Origin: Eledone cirrhosa
Taxonomy: Eukaryota
Assembly (NCBI GenBank): GCA_964016885.1
Contig: OZ024745.1
Span: 14,322,001-14,386,000 of the forward strand
Length of the DNA stretch: 64,000 nt
Direction of reading: 5' to 3'
Shown here one piece after another: positions 47,809 to 58,244 of the stretch. Within the stretch, counting starts at the first letter, position 1. Each line of letters starts with the position of its first letter. Made by a program: the position numbers and the translations under genes. The notes below the pieces were generated by a model, which was given only the letters and a program-made list of their open reading frames with translations, ran no database searches and was not told where the DNA came from.

Positions 47809-50314
47809 ATGTTGAGCAAACAGGAACTCAGAATATCACTTAAGTCCATACCTATTCCGGACAGAAAGACATACCTCAAACTATTAATACAGAGTGTCAA
47901 CTCTTTCATCCGAAGAATAAGATGGAAAGCGTACCACTTTGATCGTGCGGTTGCTGCTGACGCCGGAAGTACAGCAAATAGATATGGATTTGCCACATGC
48001 AAGAACCCCCCACACAACATCCTGCTGGATCCTTTTGAGAAAGATCTATTCAACTTCATCAGGAGCATTAAGTTCAAAAAGCATTATAGACACAGGAATA
48101 ACTTCCTCACTACATTAGCAACAACTATAAAAAAATTTAAGGATAGCAACCTCTTACATGTTATGTCTGACAAAACCAAAAAATCTATACACCATGACTC
48201 CTGAAATTTACAACTCTTTCCTTCTTAAAGAACTCAACAAAAACTATAAAAAAACTACACCCTCCAGTGTAAACGTACTTAACCGAAAAGCCCAGGCATT
48301 GGTTAAGGACTTGCATTTGGATAGATTTACCCACCCTTATGTACCAACAACCCCAAGGTTCTCTCTCAAGGACCACAAGCCAAACTTTATAGAGAACCCA
48401 TCCATTAGACTCATAGGCCCAACCACATCTGACCTGGGCCGCATCAGTAAGAACATCCTTGATAGGATAATCCCTGGGCTACGGGATGATACCACCTACA
48501 AGTTGTGGTCCAACACCGGCCAAGTCATCAGATGGTTCTCCGATCTAAGGTCCAAGCAATCTATGAGGTTCATCCAATTTGATATAGACAGCTATTACGC
48601 GTCAATAACCCCGGAACTGCTCAACAAAGCACTAGCCCTAGCAACCACCAACTCGGACATAACCAATAATGAGAATAACATCATACTCATGGCTAGGCAG
48701 ACTATCATTGAATTCAACGGAGCACTCTGGACTAGAAAAGATAGAACAGATAACTTTGACATTACGATGGGCTCAAGTGACTCCGCGCAAGTCACCGATT
48801 TAGTTGGGATTTACCTATTACGTAACATTAGAGCCGAAATCCAACCCATGCAAGGTGGAATATACAGGGACGACGCCCTATTTGCAGTCCACAATTGCAC
48901 TAATCGGGGAATCGATTTGCTTAAGAAACAATTTCATAGATTCTTCAAAAATAACGGTCTCCCTATCACCATCGAGCTGAACCATAAAGTAGTAAACTTC
49001 CTAGACGTCACCCTTGATCTCAACAAAAACCTTTATAACCCTTACCATAAACCAGGCAAAATACTCACATATATTAGCCCACACTCTAACCACCCACCGG
49101 CAGTCATCAGAGCAGTAATCAAATCTATCTCCTATAGGATCTCAATGCTATCAGCAAATGAAGAGATATTTATAAACCACGCACAATATTATAATAAGGC
49201 TCTCTCTGAATCTGGTTATAAACAATCAATTTATTACATACCAAAATGCCATAACACAGCAACTCACCATAATAAACATAACACTAGAACTAGAAATACC
49301 TTAGCATATAGCCAGATTCGCCGGAATTTTAGCAGTAACAGCACCTATACAGGGAACTTTAATGGTGGCAGCGGCCTGCTCCCCACTCCTAGTAGCAAAC
49401 TAAGAATCAACCCTAGAATAGGAATGAGAAATGGGATGACAAATAACAAACCCCCAGGTAATAATAACCCTAGGAAGGCCCCTACCAACTCCACTAGAAC
49501 CCCTAGAAGGAATAGGCCTAGAAATATCACCTGGCTTAACCCACCATTCTCATTTAATCTAGCCACTAATATCCCCAATCGCTTCGTCTCTATCCTATCC
49601 AAACACTTCCCCCCTAACTATAGATATTACAAACTCTTTAATAAAAACAACATTAAAATCTCATTCTCCACTACACCTAACCTAGCTAGCCACATCGCGT
49701 TCAGTAATCATCATAAGCTAAGACACTATAACTCCCACACCGCGGTACCACCACCCCTATCAAATACACCACACCACTACACCAATAATTACTCTAGTAG
49801 CACACCTCCCCCATCTAATCCTTCTAGCACGGACCAACTGCTTAGGTTAAATAACCCTACTCTCACTAACCGCAGAAGCAACTGCAACTGCCGGTACCCC
49901 AATGCATGCCCATTAAATGGACACTGCCTGACACCCAACATAGTCTATAGGTGCACAGTTGAGACTGCTTCGAATACCAGCTCTTATATCGGGTCTACCT
50001 CTAACCCTTTTAAGGTACGCTATAACGCGCACTCTTTTTCCTTCCGAGACCCTAGCAACAGATGTTCGACATCGCTAGCTAGGCTCATTAAAAACCTTAA
50101 ATTAAACAAAGTTCAACACTCACTAAAATGGGATATCGTAGCTAGGTCCCAACCGTTCAATGGACGAAGGAAATCTTGTGATCTCTGTGTTACGGAAGCA
50201 TATTACATAACTCTATCAAGACCTCTACCAATTAACGATAGAACAGAGGTAACCATTAGCTGTCAACAACGAAGGGCTAATTCCTTCGCCAATAGAGTTT
50301 TTGACCCAACTTAG
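47809..50314 (+). CDS. Penelope-like RT/GIY-YIG endonuclease polyprotein with a single +1 frameshift in the A6 run at 48178-48183
   Basis: Motifs SLKSIPIP, RRIRWKA, SDKT, LKDHK, FDIDSYYASI, MGSSDS, YRDD, FLDV, WLNPPFS, CNC..CPL.G.C, IVY..YIG, RY..H, CDLC..E. Removing one A joins ORF 47782 to ORF 48158 (DKT-KNLY). Confidence 0.9.
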
Positions 50315-50596
50315 TCATGTAGCCCCATCTCTAATTGTAGCTAATAAGTTAAATTGCTATGAACAACTCGATAATTATAAGTTACCTCCCCTACATTGTC
50401 TCAATTAAATAATTTAAATACTAGCACATAACTATAAAATACACACAATCTCTAATCTCTCGAGAAGTTACTTCCCCTGAATCCACCCTCTAATTAGTAA
50501 GGTAAATATGCCCTTTGGCAGCCATCTTGTTACCCATAGGCAGATCTCACACAATGCAGCCTCAAGCGATGAGTACTGCTTGATTATGGCTGACAG

Positions 50597-50922
50597 CTGA
50601 TGAAACAAAGGCACCATAGTAAAAACTAATATATGGAACATTATATTATGTAACATTATTTTAATTTATATTCCTTTGAGTTCCGATGAGCCACTCTGTT
50701 TTTTTAAATATGTTAATTATTTTCAACTGAACCAGATCAATTATGATACATAGTCATCTGATCCAGAAATATTATACGGAGTAGCGAAACAATTGTAAAC
50801 GGGCATTATTATTATTATTATTATTCTCTACATTCCTTACATCAAACTAAATATGTTGACAATCTTTTAATAATGTCTTCCTTGTGAAATTTGTGGTCTT
50901 GTTTTGCCTAACTAATGAATAT
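50597..50922 (+). repeat. 3' pseudo-LTR
   Basis: Direct repeat of the 5' pLTR (offset 3451 before the insertion). Confidence 0.92.
50673..50803 (+). ncRNA. Type I hammerhead ribozyme candidate (pLTR copy 2)
   Basis: Same sequence as 47222-47352; CCGATGA at 50683; predicted cleavage after 50797. Confidence 0.72.
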
Positions 50923-50930
50923 ATATATAC

Positions 50931-51008
<78 letters not shown>

Positions 51009-51220
51009 GATAACAAATTATCATTATAGGTAATACAGCTAGAGGTTGTGAGTACTCCGTATTGGGGATAGTTTTAACGTACGGCGTTGTTTGACTCAGC
51101 AAGAGGTTTCCTTAGTTAGGTGGCGAGTTCTCGGGAATTCCTATGCAGGTTAATCTTGGAGTAATAATAGTGAAAGAGTGAAGATTAACATGGTCAACAG
51201 TACAAAAAGGGTTCTATTTA

Positions 51221-51332
51221 CAGTATTAACAATTGTTTCATTGATTAGGGTGTCTAAAAATTGCTAATCACTTGAAGTTGTGTCACTCAATTTTAAATAC
51301 ATGTATGCCTAATCAAATCATCGGAATAACTG
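51221..51332 (-). ncRNA. Type I hammerhead ribozyme candidate (inverted arm of the second PLE)
   Basis: Reverse complement of 53431-53542 with an intact core. Confidence 0.7.
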
Positions 51333-51479
51333 ATTAAAATTATACACGGCGTTTGTAATATACTAGGAAAATTCAAACCACAATCTAAACTATAATAACA
51401 TAAGAAGCGCGGGACTGCGTACGGTTTATAATGTTTTATCCCCTTAGTAAAATAAGTTGGATTACTTTGAATAAATAAT

Positions 51480-51664
51480 TGTTTCTACTTTTGGCACAAG
51501 GCCAGCAATTACCCAGCAATTACTGGTGCTTTATTTTATCGACCCCGTAAGGATGAAAGGCAAAGTTAATCTCGGCGGGATTTGAACTCAGAATGGCAAA
51601 GGCCGTAACTCTATGCGTCAAAGCATGGCGTCCGACCCTCTACCGATACTGCCAATCTACCGCC
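51480..51664 (-). mobile_element. SINE family 1 full copy inside the Helitron, with TSD
   Basis: TSD ctttgaataaataat at 51465-51479 and 51665-51679. Confidence 0.93.
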
Positions 51665-51854
51665 CTTTGAATAAATAATGAATGAATATTACATAATTTA
51701 TCCACTAAATTTCGTGGCTGTTCATTAAATATATGTTATTACTTATTTAAAGATTCACTTCTTTAAAATTTTCAAATGTCAACACTTCCGGTTAGTGATC
51801 GTTTAAATAAATATTCATATATTTCTGTCACTAATTTTCTCCTAATACAGTTTA

Positions 51855-52214
51855 TATATAATATCGTCTTTTTTTTTAATGTATCATGGATTACGTTACT
51901 GATTACATAAGGCAGTGTAACACAGTCTTCGTTCAATTTCTGTGTATATTGTCAATTACGATTTTATTTGATCATATCTACATGCATATATACTTGCGTA
52001 TAATATCAATATACACACTACACATGCTAGCAGATATATAATATCGTCTTTTTTTTAAATTTATCATGGATTACGTTACTGATTACATAAGAGAGTGTAA
52101 CACAGTTTTCGTTCAATTTATGTGTATATTGTCAATTACGATTTTATTTGATGTATCATATCTACATGCATATATACTTGCGTATAATATCAATATACAC
52201 AATACACATGTTAG
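51855..52214. repeat. About 180-bp tandem duplication within the Helitron
   Basis: atatataatatcgtctttttttt...acacatg.tagc occurs twice. Confidence 0.85.
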
Positions 52215-52547
52215 CCGAAAACCACCCGAAGGGTGGTTTTTCTGCTAGTATCAGTAATAAAGAAAGAATAAGAAAAAAAGAAGAAAGAAAAAGAGAGAGA
52301 GAGAAAAAAAAGAAAAAAGAAAAAAAAGAAAAAAGAAAAAAGAAAAAAGAAAAAAGAAAAAAGAAAAAAGAAAAAAGAAAAAAGAAAAAAGAAAAAAGAA
52401 AAAAGAAAAAAGAAAAAAAAAACGAGAAAAAAAACAATAAATAAATAATAATAAATAAGTTAGAATGAAGATGATAAAAATAAGTAAAAAGAAACTATGT
52501 GTGAAAAAAAGTGAACATAATATGATTGTTGAAAATAGTTGTGAACT

Positions 52548-52797
52548 AATGAACACAACAACGCTCGCCAATAAAATCTGGCAGCTTAAGGATACAAACC
52601 AAAAATACGGGTTTAGCTGGTTGAAATTGTCGGGGGCAAAGGCCTACAAAAATGGAATGACCCACTGCGGACTTTGCAATATAGAGTTGCTGCATATTTT
52701 AAAGTATGACAAAATGCTGCTTAACAGCAAAACAGAACGGTCAATTTTCTGTAGGCATAAAGCAGCTACTAAATTCACAAATTACAAACCAACATGA
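52548..52797 (+). pseudogene. GIY-YIG C-terminal fragment of a Naiad-type PLE
   Basis: TTLANKIWQLK...W...Y......CGLCNIE...I....LLNSKTE....CRHK aligns by eye to the end of ORF 48158-50314 but is clearly divergent. Confidence 0.85.
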
Positions 52798-53430
52798 TTC
52801 GATCCAACAATCCCATAATTCAAACTGAACCACTTAGAGTCTATTATAATAACCCATTATTATTAACTGTCAATAAATCAACTAATCACTGAATCAACAT
52901 CATAACCTCCTAACCTTTCTTTCTTTCACTCTCTTTCCCTAAAACTATTTCACCTCTTCCATTATATCCTATCATGTTCTCTTCACCTCTCACATAACTT
53001 CCAATTTATTAATTTATCCTTTATTTATCACTGTACTATTTCTTCACAATATAACCCTTTGTAATTTAACCAATACATATGTGTTTATATTTAATATTTT
53101 CATATTTATATCAACACATCTTTACACTTACATGCCACTATAACTTTAACTACCACCACCACCACAACTATTTTCAACAATATGTTCACTTTCTTTCACA
53201 CATATATATATTTTTTTACTTATTTTTTATCAACTTCATTCTAACTTATTTATTATTATTTATTTATTATTTATTATTTTTTCTTTTTTCTTTTTTCTTT
53301 TTTTCTTTTTTTCTTTTTTTCTTTTTTTCTTTTTTCTTTCTCTCTCTCTCTTTTTCTTTTTCTTTCTTTATTACTGATGTTGTGATTTGAATTTTCCTAG
53401 TATATTACACACGCGGTGTATAATTTTAAT

Positions 53431-53542
53431 CAGTTATTCCGATGATTTGATTAGGTATACATGTATTTAAAATTGAGTGACACAACTTCAAGTGATTAGC
53501 AATTTTTAGACACCCTAATCAATGAAACAATTGTTAATACTG
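53431..53542 (+). ncRNA. Type I hammerhead ribozyme candidate (second PLE family)
   Basis: Stem I cag-t-tatt/aata-ctg; CCGATGA at 53439-45; stem II ttgattagg/cctaatcaa; GAAA at 53524; stem III ACAATTGT; GUU triplet at 53533-35. Confidence 0.72.
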
Positions 53543-53933
53543 TAAATAAAACCCTTTTTGTACTGTTGACCATGTTATTCTACACTCTTTCAGTATATAT
53601 ATATATATACATACTTATATATATTATATATAGATAGATATACACACATATTCGTATATATATATACACGCGCATATATATGTATAAATATGCGCGTATA
53701 TGTATATACTCATACATACATATATATAGAATTACAAAAGAAAGAGGCTGTGTCGTTACCAATAAATATTATTTAGAATACGTGGGGGAAAACACAAATA
53801 CAAGGACAATTCCCGCTCTTCTGTGGATCACTAAAGTTTCGATATATATATATATGGTCATGTATATACATGCATATATACATGCATATATACATACATA
53901 TACATACATGCACTCACACACACACACGCGCAC

Positions 53934-53969
<36 letters not shown>

Positions 53970-53977
53970 CCCCCCCC

Positions 53978-54015
<38 letters not shown>

Positions 54016-54106
54016 GTTCAAGAATAAACAAGACAAGCCCAGAAATGCAAAATGCAGCCTTATTATTTCACGCTTATATATACACATACACACACACATA
54101 TATATA

Positions 54107-54796
54107 CTAGCTGAGGTACCCGGTAATACCCAGGAGTGGGGGTATTCCCAGTTCCCATTAAAATGCCCAATGCCTCTCAGACCAAAATGAAATCAAAATA
54201 TAGGACAGATAATGAAAAGCGAAGACAAATTCATTTACGAAACAATACCAACAAATATTGTTTGCATTGGTCAGGGGAAAAAATGTTTGTCAGAGAAGTT
54301 GAGTGTTGCTATAAGGAAAAAAATAGAACCCCCATTAGGGTGTCTTAATATTATTGAAATTTGCTAAGGGCGGTGGATTGGCAGTATCGGTAGAGGGTCG
54401 GACGCCATGCTTTCCAGCATAGTTACGTCCCTTTACCATCTGAGTTCAAATCCCGCCGAGGTTGACTTTGCCTTTCATCCTTACGGGGTCGATAAAATAA
54501 AGTACCAGTAATGCACTGGTAATTGCTGGCCTTGTGCCTAAAGTAGAAACAATTATTGAAATTTGCTGAAATTTTGTGAATAGGCATCATATCTTGTCAT
54601 TTACTTATGGTTTAAATTTTATATAAATCGAAGGGTAAACATTTTCAGCGGGAGTTTTCTGCCCCCTGGGGAACCCTTTGATTAAGATGACACGTGTCAA
54701 GTTTCATCAAGATCGGTGTGGTAGTTTCTGAGTGTTAGGTTCACAAACAAATGCACAACACACAAACAGACAGAAATTGCCATTTATGTATAGAGA
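54107..54796 (-). mobile_element. Non-autonomous Helitron-like element
   Basis: The minus strand starts A|TCTCTATACATAAATGGCA and ends with a weak hairpin (cctgggtattaccgggtac) then CTAG|T. Confidence 0.7.
54368..54551 (+). mobile_element. SINE family 1 full copy with TSD
   Basis: A box tggcagtatcgg, B box gagttcaaatcc; TSD attattgaaatttgct at 54350 and 54552. Confidence 0.93.
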
Positions 54797-54885
54797 TAAA
54801 TCAAGGAATCAAAAAAAAAAAACGAACAAACAAGAGGAAGCAATATAATGAAGTATTAGTTTCACGCTTGGAAGAAGAAGAGTGA

Positions 54886-55002
<117 letters not shown>

Positions 55003-55481
55003 ATGTGTGTATATATAAGAAAAGGTGAGAGTGAGATAAAGGATTAGAGAAACAAAGAAAATGTTCACAAAACAACTGTCATTTGATATCTCACAACTCA
55101 TTATTTCACAACACATCCATGCAAGTTTGAGTTTATAACTGACGTCTAAAAGGTTGTTCAACAAAGCAAACCTATTAATAAACTGAACATGGTGAATAAG
55201 ACTTTTATTTATATAGTCCTTCTATCTTGGTAGAAGAATATGTTTCTGTCACGTTGAATTGATCATCTTTCTGTGTGATAAGGAAAATTTACTTCATTGC
55301 AATTGATTTCCTTTTAAGCATTAGTCAAATATTTACGGCTTCTCTTATCTTTCCTTTTAGGAGGGAGAATCGGACAGGCCAGAAAGTACGGCTTGTCGAG
55401 AAAGAAGAAAAATATACAACCAACGGAAATAGAAAGAATAGAAAAGGTAGTTTAAGTATTCAGTAATAAGACGTCTCATAA

Positions 55482-55800
55482 GCGGTGAATTGGCAGAGTC
55501 GTTAGCACGTTGGATAGAATACTTTATGTTATTCGTTTAAACTCTCTGTTTTCAAGGTTCAAATCCCACCGAGGGTCAATTTTGCCTTTCATCCTTTCGG
55601 GGTCGATAAAAAAAGTACTAGGCTAGTACTGGCTTCTATTCTTCCTCTGTATATCTTTATTTCTCCCATGTCTTCTTTCTCAGGAAGAAATCTGATTTTT
55701 CAGACGTGGGATGGGCTTCGCCAGGCCTAAAATGTGCTAGAAAAACGCCATTACGGCGCCCTACGACGCTATCAGACGTTACGGTACCATGCATGCATGA
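55482..55800 (+). mobile_element. SINE family 1 variant (long tail)
   Basis: Similar to 39074-39372. Confidence 0.75.
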
Positions 55801-56639
55801 AATATGACGTCTCAGTAACTACTTAAGAACTACGTTCTACGATTCGTTTTCCGCTTCCAGTATTGTCGTTTCGGCTACACCACGGACTCCACTGCCCGCA
55901 ACACAGATGAGAGAAAGATAGATAGATACCGGTACCCGATCGAACACTTCTTTGTTCGGGTCTCCTCTCATGCCCTTGGTCCCTGCACTGCTGATTTTTT
56001 CCATAAATACGGAAAGACAGCAGCCCGCTTGAGGAAGGAGCCCTGTGTACGTGGTGGCTGCCGGTGTCACTGACCATTCCCCCCAGTAATGCCTTGCTAT
56101 TTTGTACACGAGGCGCAGCTGAAACACCCCCCCGACGGGGGTGTAGGGTACCAATCTCCTCACTCTCCTTTTCTTAATTCCCTTTTCTCCTTTTCTTTTT
56201 TGCATTTCTGTTTTCGTCTGTTGTTCCCTTTAATAGAGGGATCTGTTTTTGTATAAACATCTTTGTAAAATAAAATAACGTGATTCACTTTAAAAGAGGG
56301 TAGATAAAATGAAGTTATATATGATATCCAAGAAGAAGATGGCGGCATCAAATACTGTTTCAGATACTAAATTATTTATTTTCAATTCCTAAAAACCCTA
56401 CCAGGAGGTACTTTTGAAAATTTAACACTCAATTTTCATTTGCATATTAAAATAAAAATTATACCTCAGAGATGTATTAAATTGGAGATTGTTCCCCGAA
56501 TAATATAATAAATGTTGCTACAGGCAAAATTGCAGTTACATACCACCAAAGTAGAGAATTCATTTAAATATCTGAGTTAAAAATTAGAAGATGATAAAAT
56601 GTGTAAATATAGAAAATGATATTTTGTATGGGTCCACAC

Positions 56640-56895
56640 ATACTGACATACGGCATTTCTAGGGCCTTTTTTAATCCCTGGCAGAGTCCATCTCCTCTTC
56701 AGGTCTGAATATTTCTTCCTGAGGATGTTAGAAAGAATGAGAGAAATGAAACGAGTAAGAGACTTAGAGAAAGAATTGACCCCCAGTACTAGACTGATAC
56801 TTTTTTATCGACCTCAAATGGATGAACGGTAAAAATTTGATCTCAAAGCTTAGATAGCCGAAATGATCACGTTGTAATGACTCTGCTAATTCACT
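56640..56895 (-). mobile_element. SINE family 1 variant (long tail), degenerate
   Basis: Reverse-complement similarity to 39074-39372. Confidence 0.65.
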
Positions 56896-58057
56896 GTCTA
56901 TAGCAAATAATAAAATATGTAAATATATAAAATTAACAATGAATTGTATAAGAGTCATTTTAGCAATTGATATGTCACGTACATCCTCTGCTATTTATAT
57001 CCCTGGCCATACAAGTGTAACTGGAAGTAATGAAAGCCATATAAGTTTACTCTTTATTCGTATACGAGTCAAAATTATTCCAAATATATTTTACTGAAAC
57101 TGTCTATAGAAATCCATAGTTATTTAGCTTGATAGATATGGAAATTGATTCGATGAAGTCAAGTAAAGAGTCAACCGAAGTAAATATTTAACCAAATGCT
57201 GCCTAGGAACAAGTAAAGATTAGAAATTAATGACATATCTTCTAATAAAGAAAACCATTTCATATAATGAGATTATATCAAAGAAGGAAATAAATATGCA
57301 GGACTACATTATATATTAATTAATGAAGAATATATTACGGATTTATTAACTTCCATTTTGACATTAATAAATGGTTTTATTCAATATGCCCATACAGTTA
57401 TTTGTACAACATAAAACCAAAATTTTTCATTAAATATTTTATACGACTACTTCATGAAAATTGAATATTATGTTCAAACAAATGTTATGTGATTATGTAG
57501 TTTGCTTCATTCCTAGTTCAAACAATTTCTCTGATTGTATGTATGGGAGAGCTTTTATCATACTGCAAATTAATATGGATTTTAAAATGTTTGCTAAATA
57601 ACCAATGTTGAGCGTAAGAGGTATTCATGTACACTACTTTCATTTATTTAATAAAGCAAGATTTCAAATGTGAATAAACGCAGCTGGGAATGATTTAGTA
57701 TGACCATTAACATCTACTCATCAGCGTTAATTCATTACCGAATCAACTCTTCACCCCAACAAACTTAATCTAAATTAGAAATTCATAATAATAGATCATC
57801 TGAAAACATTCCAGATTCTACAATACAAAGCTGCTTGTTTTTAAAGTGTTTATATTTATCCCAAACCATTCCATCATAGTTTCATGTAAGGATCTTTATT
57901 AAGTTATTTTACAAACATCAACGTAATAATTGAAAAAAATATTTATAATCTTATTTATTAAAAATAATTATACAGGTCGGCTAAAAAGCCGCTGGAATTA
58001 CAGATGTGTCTCTTTTAAACGAAAATGTAAAATATATTATTTCATACTTTAAATAAT

Positions 58058-58244
58058 TGTTTCTACTTTTGGCACAAGGCCAGAAATTACCCAGTGCATT
58101 ACTGGTAGTTTATTTCATCGACCCCGTGAGGATGAAAGGCAAAGTTAACCTCGGCGGGATTTGAACTCAGAATGGAAAGGGCCGTAATTCTATGCGTCAA
58201 AGCATGGCGTCCGATTCTCTACCGATACTGCCAATTCACCGCCC
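58058..58244 (-). mobile_element. SINE family 1 full copy with an 18-bp TSD
   Basis: TSD tttcatactttaaataat at 58040-58057 and 58245-58262. Confidence 0.95.

Larger units (their letters stand above)
47146..50922 (+). mobile_element. Near-intact Penelope-like retroelement (Naiad-type) with direct pseudo-LTRs, inserted in (TA)n
   Basis: Direct repeats at 47146-47582 and 50597-50922 flank an RT + GIY-YIG ORF; TA tracts on both sides. Confidence 0.93.
51384..52248 (+). mobile_element. Non-autonomous Helitron (865 bp) inserted in the PLE inverted arm
   Basis: A|TC at the 5' end; hairpin aaaaccaccc-gaa-gggtggtttt (52218-52240) then CTAG|T; no TSD. The empty site is visible in the other arm (cacaa-catcagtaa). 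Confidence 0.9.
51007..53592. mobile_element. Second Penelope-like (Naiad-type) family: 5'-truncated copy with an inverted 3' segment (tails outward), flanked by (TA)n
   Basis: 51171-52543, minus the Helitron insert, is the reverse complement of 53163-53592. The forward part, 52544-53592, carries a GIY-YIG C-terminus. Confidence 0.85.

Noticed and set aside
50597-50680. Canonical CTGATGA at the pLTR start as a second hammerhead core
   Set aside because: caaagg/cctttg can pair, but no GAAA follows the stem; the downstream CCGATGA gives the complete fold.
49870-50690. Selenocysteine/SECIS, reported for some Naiad elements
   Set aside because: There is no in-frame TGA in the GIY-YIG region, and the ATGA...AAAA spacing near 50600 does not fit a SECIS.
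52148-52444. Lys/Glu-rich ORF
   Set aside because: It is a translation of a purine-rich (GAAAAAA)n tract in the inverted PLE 3'UTR.
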